Shown here: positions 59,797 through 64,000 of the stretch, piece after piece
Position numbering within the stretch: the first letter of the stretch is position 1
Layout of the letters: the number at the start of each line of letters is the position of its first letter
From: Chloroflexota bacterium
GTDB taxonomy: Bacteria; Chloroflexota; Limnocylindria; Limnocylindrales; CSP1-4
Direction of reading: 5' to 3'
Length of the DNA: 64,000 bases
Assembly: GCA_021786385.1 (NCBI GenBank)
Contig: JAJYNJ010000027.1
Coordinates: forward strand, 20,760 to 84,759
The notes under the pieces: generated by a model
What the model was told of the DNA's origin: nothing
The model's input: the letters and a program-made list of their open reading frames with translations, nothing else
Database searches by the model: none
Made by a program: the position numbers and the translations under genes

Positions 59797-61458
59797 TCAG
59801 GCGATCCTGCGCCCGAGCAGGTCCCGCACCAGCCGGACCACCTCGGGGAGCTCGGGCACGCGCAGCAGCGCGCACCATACCGCGTACACGACCGCCCCGG
59901 CCCCGCTCGCGGCGACCAGTTCCACCAGCACGAGGACGCGACCGGGCGCCGCACCGGCGAGCCCGCCGAGCAGCTCGAGGGCGCGCCCCGCCGCGACCGC
60001 CGCGAGGAGCGCGCCGGCCGCGAACACGACCGCCGCGGCGACCAGGCCCCGCAGATCGACGCTGTCGACGCGCCGGGTCAGCAGCACGGTCAGCGCCACG
60101 GCCTCGGCCCAGGCGCCGAGCGCGATGCCGAGCGCCAGGCCGCGCAGCCCGAGCGTCCCGACCGACACCACCGAGATGACCACGTTGATGGCGACCGCGA
60201 GCAGCGCCGCGAAGACCGGAATGCGCGTCTCGCGGTCGGCGTAGAAGGCCCGCGCGAGCACCACCACCAGCGAATCGGCGGCCAGGCCGAGCAAGAAGAA
60301 GAGGAGCGCGTCGGAGGTCGCCGTGACGTCCTGCCGGTTGAAGTGGCCGTAGCCGAACAGTAGGTCGATCACCTGCGTGCGGACCACCATCCCAACGCTC
60401 GTGAGGAAGAACATGACGAAGAGGAGCAGGCGCAGCGAGCGGGTCACGAGCCGGCCGAACGCGCGATCCTCCCCCGCGGCGAGCGCCGTCGATAGGGACG
60501 GCAACAGCACGACCCCGAGCGGCAACCCGATGATCCCGATCGGGATCTGGTAGGCCGTGAACGCCGCGGTGTAATCGGTGATGAGACCCGCCCCCAACCC
60601 GGACGCCAACAGGGTGTTTACGATGAAGGTGATCTGCGTGGCGCCGAGACCCACGGCCCGCGGCGCCACCAGTCGCACGACTTCACGAGTCGCCGGGTCC
60701 GCCGTGTCGGCGACGCGCTGATAGCGGTAGCCCATCGCATCGAGCGGCAGGACCTGGACGAGCAGGCTGAGGGCTGCGCCGACGACGACGCCCACGGCCG
60801 CCACGGTGACGCCCATGCCGGCGCCCAACAGCACGACCGGCACGATGATCGCGAGGTTGTAGAGGAGCGGCGCGAGGGACGCCGCGGTGAAGCGGTTCCC
60901 GGCATTGAGCACACTGGTCGCCACGGCGGACAGGGCGAGCAGGATCGGCGAGAGCAGCATGATCCGGCTGAGACGGACAGCGAGATCGAGCTGCTCGGGG
61001 GTGAAGTCCTGAGTGATCAACGGCATGATCCAGGGCGCGGCGACAAAGAAGATCACCGCTAGCCCGGCGAGCGCGAGCAACAGCAAGTTCAGCACGCTCG
61101 ATACGAGCCGCCACGCCTCGCGGTGGCGCCCTTCGTGGAAGAGGCCGGCGAGGACGGGGATCAGCGCCGAGCCGAGCGCGCCTGCCGCGACGAGCTGAAA
61201 CATGGCGTCCGGAATGCGGAACGCGGCGAGGTAGGCGTCGAGCTCACGGCCGGCCCCGAAGACTGCCAGGAGCACGGCGGTGCGGACCCAGCCGAGGATC
61301 CGCGAGGCGAGGTAGGCCGCGGTGACCACGAGCCCGGCCCGGACGAGCGTGCGGCCGCCCGCAACGGCCTCTGCGTCGCCCGCCGCGCCGGCCGTCGCCC
61401 GGCCGCGACCGCGCAGCGATCCACCGCCGCCGCGTACGGCTCCGTCCCCGCCGTTCAT
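59797..61458 (-). CDS. murJ: lipid II flippase MurJ (MviN)
   Basis: 553 aa with about 14 TM helices. The N-terminal motif LVRAGLVVTAAYLASRILGWVRTAVLLAVFGAG...LDAYLAAFRIPD is conserved in MurJ. Confidence 0.8.
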   Translation of the reverse strand: MNGGDGAVRGGGGSLRGRGRATAGAAGDAEAVAGGRTLVRAGLVVTAAYLASRILGWVRTAVLLAVFGAGRELDAYLAAFRIPDAMFQLVAAGALGSALIPVLAGLFHEGRHREAWRLVSSVLNLLLLALAGLAVIFFVAAPWIMPLITQDFTPEQLDLAVRLSRIMLLSPILLALSAVATSVLNAGNRFTAASLAPLLYNLAIIVPVVLLGAGMGVTVAAVGVVVGAALSLLVQVLPLDAMGYRYQRVADTADPATREVVRLVAPRAVGLGATQITFIVNTLLASGLGAGLITDYTAAFTAYQIPIGIIGLPLGVVLLPSLSTALAAGEDRAFGRLVTRSLRLLLFVMFFLTSVGMVVRTQVIDLLFGYGHFNRQDVTATSDALLFFLLGLAADSLVVVLARAFYADRETRIPVFAALLAVAINVVISVVSVGTLGLRGLALGIALGAWAEAVALTVLLTRRVDSVDLRGLVAAAVVFAAGALLAAVAAGRALELLGGLAGAAPGRVLVLVELVAASGAGAVVYAVWCALLRVPELPEVVRLVRDLLGRRIA

Positions 61459-62546
61459 CGGTCGGTCGACGGGGCCGGGCGCCTGCTCCGTGGCGCCGAC
61501 GGTACGTCCCGCGACGAGCGCGGGTGCGCGGCCGCGTAAGCCGTGCGCAGTCTCCCCGGCGAGACGTGCGTGTAGAGCTGCGTGGTCGCGAGGCTGCTGT
61601 GGCCGAGCAGCTCCTGGACCACCCGTAGGTCCGCGCCGCCTTCCAGCAGGTGACTCGCGAACGAGTGGCGGAGCGTGTGAGGGCTCACGCCCTCGGGAAG
61701 GCCCGCGAGACGGACGAGGCGATCGACACGCAGTCGCACGCCGCGCACACCCAGCGGCCCGCCCCGTGCGTTCAAGAACACGAACCCCTCGTCGGGCCCT
61801 CTGGCGCTGGCGCGCAGCTCGGGGCGGACCTCGTGGAGGTACGCCTGCAGCGCTTCGACGGCCGGGCGGCCGAGGAGCGAGACGCGCTCCTTGCGCCCCT
61901 TGCCGAGCACCCGCACCTCGCCGTGCCGCAGGTCGACGTCGTGCAGATGCAAGCCGGCGAGCTCGCTGATGCGGAGACCAGCGGCGTAGGCAACCTCGAC
62001 GATCGCCCGATCCCGCAGTGCCAGGCGCGCGCGCTCGGCAGCCCGTCGGTGGCCGGGCCCCGGGCGCGCCGGCGGTGGCGTGTTAGGCACGTCCCCCGCG
62101 GCGAGGCCGGCGTCGATCGCGAGGGCGTCGGCGGAGGCCACCGCCGTCGCGTCCAAGAGTTGTTCGACCTGGCCGATGTCGAGCACCTTGGGCAGACGCC
62201 GTCCCTGGCGCGGCGTCGCGATCGCTGCCCACGGGTCACCCTCGACCCAGCCCGCGCGCCGGCCGTGACGGTAGAACGCGCGGACCGCGCCGAGCCGGCT
62301 GCCGATCGAGCGGCGGGCCAAGCGGTCCGCCAGGTGGCCGAGGTAGCCCCGCAGGACCGCGCGTCCGGGGCGCTGCCATGCGGTGTCGTCGGGGTGACCG
62401 GAACGAGCGAACGAGGCGGCTTCGGCGGACGCCAGCCAGCCGAAGTATTCGCTCAATGCCGCGCGGTACGCGCGGATCGTGTGCGGAGACGCATCGCGCG
62501 CCGCGAGCGCGGAGAGGAACGACGACAGGGCCTCGTCGGGGCTCAC
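61455..62546 (-). CDS. xerC: tyrosine recombinase XerC
   Basis: The C-terminus reads HTLRHSFASHLLEGGADLRVVQELLGHSSLATTQLYTH. The probable GTG start (VSPDEALSSFLSALAARDASPHTIRAYR) overlaps the topA stop (GTGA). The long N-terminal extension in the ORF track is an antisense artefact. Coordinates in this region may be offset by 1 nt. Confidence 0.75.
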   Translation of the reverse strand: MSPDEALSSFLSALAARDASPHTIRAYRAALSEYFGWLASAEAASFARSGHPDDTAWQRPGRAVLRGYLGHLADRLARRSIGSRLGAVRAFYRHGRRAGWVEGDPWAAIATPRQGRRLPKVLDIGQVEQLLDATAVASADALAIDAGLAAGDVPNTPPPARPGPGHRRAAERARLALRDRAIVEVAYAAGLRISELAGLHLHDVDLRHGEVRVLGKGRKERVSLLGRPAVEALQAYLHEVRPELRASARGPDEGFVFLNARGGPLGVRGVRLRVDRLVRLAGLPEGVSPHTLRHSFASHLLEGGADLRVVQELLGHSSLATTQLYTHVSPGRLRTAYAAAHPRSSRDVPSAPRSRRPAPSTDR

Positions 62547-64000
62547 GCTGCGCCGGCGTCGGCGCTGGGCCGGCGGGCGGAGCGACGCGCGGAGGGACGC
62601 GCGGAGACAGCCGCGCGCGACCGCGGGCGCGGGTTCGTCGCCGTGCGCCCCGCGGCATGCGCCCGCCGGGGCAGCAACGCCCCCGGATCCGGCGGGCCAC
62701 CCGGCAAGCTCTGCGCCACGAGATCGCCCGCGGGGAGCAGCACGGCCGCGCCGCATAGCAGGCAGATCCCGTCCGCGCCACGGCGCGCGACGGGGCCCGC
62801 GTCGGCCGCGTGCCGCGCGCCGAGCGGCTCGAAGTCGGTGGTGAAATCGCAGGCCGGGTAGCGCGAGCAGCCCCAGAAGACTTTGCCCGTACGCCGGGCG
62901 CGCCGGGTCACCAGGTGCCCCTGCCCGCACCTCGGGCAATCCACATCGAACGGCAGCGGCGGCGGGGACGGCGGTCCTTCTTTCCTGATGTAGGTGCATG
63001 CGGGGTAGCGCGAGCAGCCAACGAAGGGCCCGAAGCGGCCCCGTTTCTCCACCAGCGTCCCTTCGCCGCACGCGGGGCACGGGTCCCCGACCCCCGGCAG
63101 CGCTGCGTTCGCCGCGGCCACGTCGGGTCCCGCGGCCACCGCCGTCCCGTCCCCCGTCTCGTCCGCGAGCGGCCGGCTCTCCTGGTGCTCGGGGTAGAGC
63201 GAGCACGAGAGGAAGCGGCCGTAGCGGCCCAACCGGATCACCATGGGATGGCCCAGCGAGCAGACCTCGTCGGATGGTTCGGTGGTGAAGTCCCGCCGCC
63301 GCAGCTCGCGCCGCTTCTCATCTACGCGGTCACGCAGGGGACCGTAGAACTCACGCAGCAGCGGCACCCATTCGCGCTCCCCGCGGGCGATCTCGTCGAG
63401 CCGCTCCTCCATGCGTGCCGTGAACGCCGGATCGACGAACTCGCCAAAATGCTCGACGAGCAGGTCCGTGACGATCTCGCCGACGGGTTCGGGCCGTAGG
63501 CGCCGATCGACCAGCTTGACGTAACCCCGGTCCTGGATCGTCGAGATGATGGCCGCATAGGTCGAGGGCCGCCCGATCCCCTTCTCCTCCAGCGCCTTGA
63601 CCAGGGTCGCCTCCGTGTAGCGCGGCGGCGGCTCGGTGAAGTGCTGGGTCGGGGTCACCTCCACGACCACTGTCGCGGTGCCCTCCGAAAGCGTCGGCAG
63701 GCGGCCTTCGCGTTCCTCGGCATCGTCGTCGCGGCCTTCGGTGTAGACCCGGGAGAAGCCGTCGAACGTGGTGCGGCTCGCGGTGGCTCGCAGGCCGTAC
63801 GGTCCTGCCTCGAGATCGACGCTGGTGGTCTCGATCTCCTTCGAAGCCATCTGCGAGGCCAGGGCACGCTGCCAGATGAGCCGATAGAGCCGCAGCTCGT
63901 CGGCCTTCAGGTGCCCCGCCAGCGAGTCCGGGTCGCGCCGGAAGCTGGTCGGGCGGATCGACTCGTGCGCCTCCTGAGCGCCGCGTGTCTTCGTGCGGTA
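62543..64000 (-). CDS. topA: DNA topoisomerase I, C-terminal part (gene continues beyond window end)
   Basis: Topo IA domain IV (RPSTYAAIISTIQDRGYV) is followed by two or three C4 zinc ribbons (CPACGEGTL...CSRYPACTY and CPRCGQGHL...CSRYPACDF). The ORF is open to the window edge. Confidence 0.8.
   Translation of the reverse strand, partial: YRTKTRGAQEAHESIRPTSFRRDPDSLAGHLKADELRLYRLIWQRALASQMASKEIETTSVDLEAGPYGLRATASRTTFDGFSRVYTEGRDDDAEEREGRLPTLSEGTATVVVEVTPTQHFTEPPPRYTEATLVKALEEKGIGRPSTYAAIISTIQDRGYVKLVDRRLRPEPVGEIVTDLLVEHFGEFVDPAFTARMEERLDEIARGEREWVPLLREFYGPLRDRVDEKRRELRRRDFTTEPSDEVCSLGHPMVIRLGRYGRFLSCSLYPEHQESRPLADETGDGTAVAAGPDVAAANAALPGVGDPCPACGEGTLVEKRGRFGPFVGCSRYPACTYIRKEGPPSPPPLPFDVDCPRCGQGHLVTRRARRTGKVFWGCSRYPACDFTTDFEPLGARHAADAGPVARRGADGICLLCGAAVLLPAGDLVAQSLPGGPPDPGALLPRRAHAAGRTATNPRPRSRAAVSARPSARRSARRPSADAGAA

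Overview
The window reads as a very high-GC bacterial chromosome segment. Almost all genes lie on the minus strand and most are conserved housekeeping genes. From start to end:

- A partial acyl-CoA dehydrogenase, translationally coupled to an EtfD/HdrD-like membrane Fe-S oxidoreductase and a moeA-moaC-moaB molybdenum-cofactor operon.
- A decarboxylase / hydrolase / aldehyde-dehydrogenase cluster divergent from a LacZ-type beta-galactosidase.
- A trans-3-hydroxy-L-proline dehydratase-like / pyrroline-2-carboxylate reductase-like pair next to tRNA-Pro(GGG).
- der-ispH-cmk-rluB-scpB-scpA, a minimal site-2 protease and a bPH/SHOCT protein.
- xerD-recN-nadK-tlyA-dxs-xseB-xseA-efp-pepP-mltG-ruvX-alaS, then mnmA-iscS-typA, aspS-hisS-relA.
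- A cell-wall block: three FemAB-family paralogues, murE and murJ.
- xerC and the 3' part of topA.

The gene order resembles that of Bacillota/Chloroflexota despite the extreme GC content. No CRISPR array, rRNA or obvious mobile element was seen.

The three most unusual items are:
- an orphan FtsA-like actin ATPase plus a 576-aa bitopic membrane protein inserted between alaS and ruvX;
- a DUF4157-like HExxH mini-ORF lying antisense in the relA-hisS spacer;
- a tandemly duplicated SD+ATG with an overlapping micro-ORF in front of a small membrane-protein gene.

Many long ORFs in the six-frame track are antisense artefacts of the high GC content and were not called.
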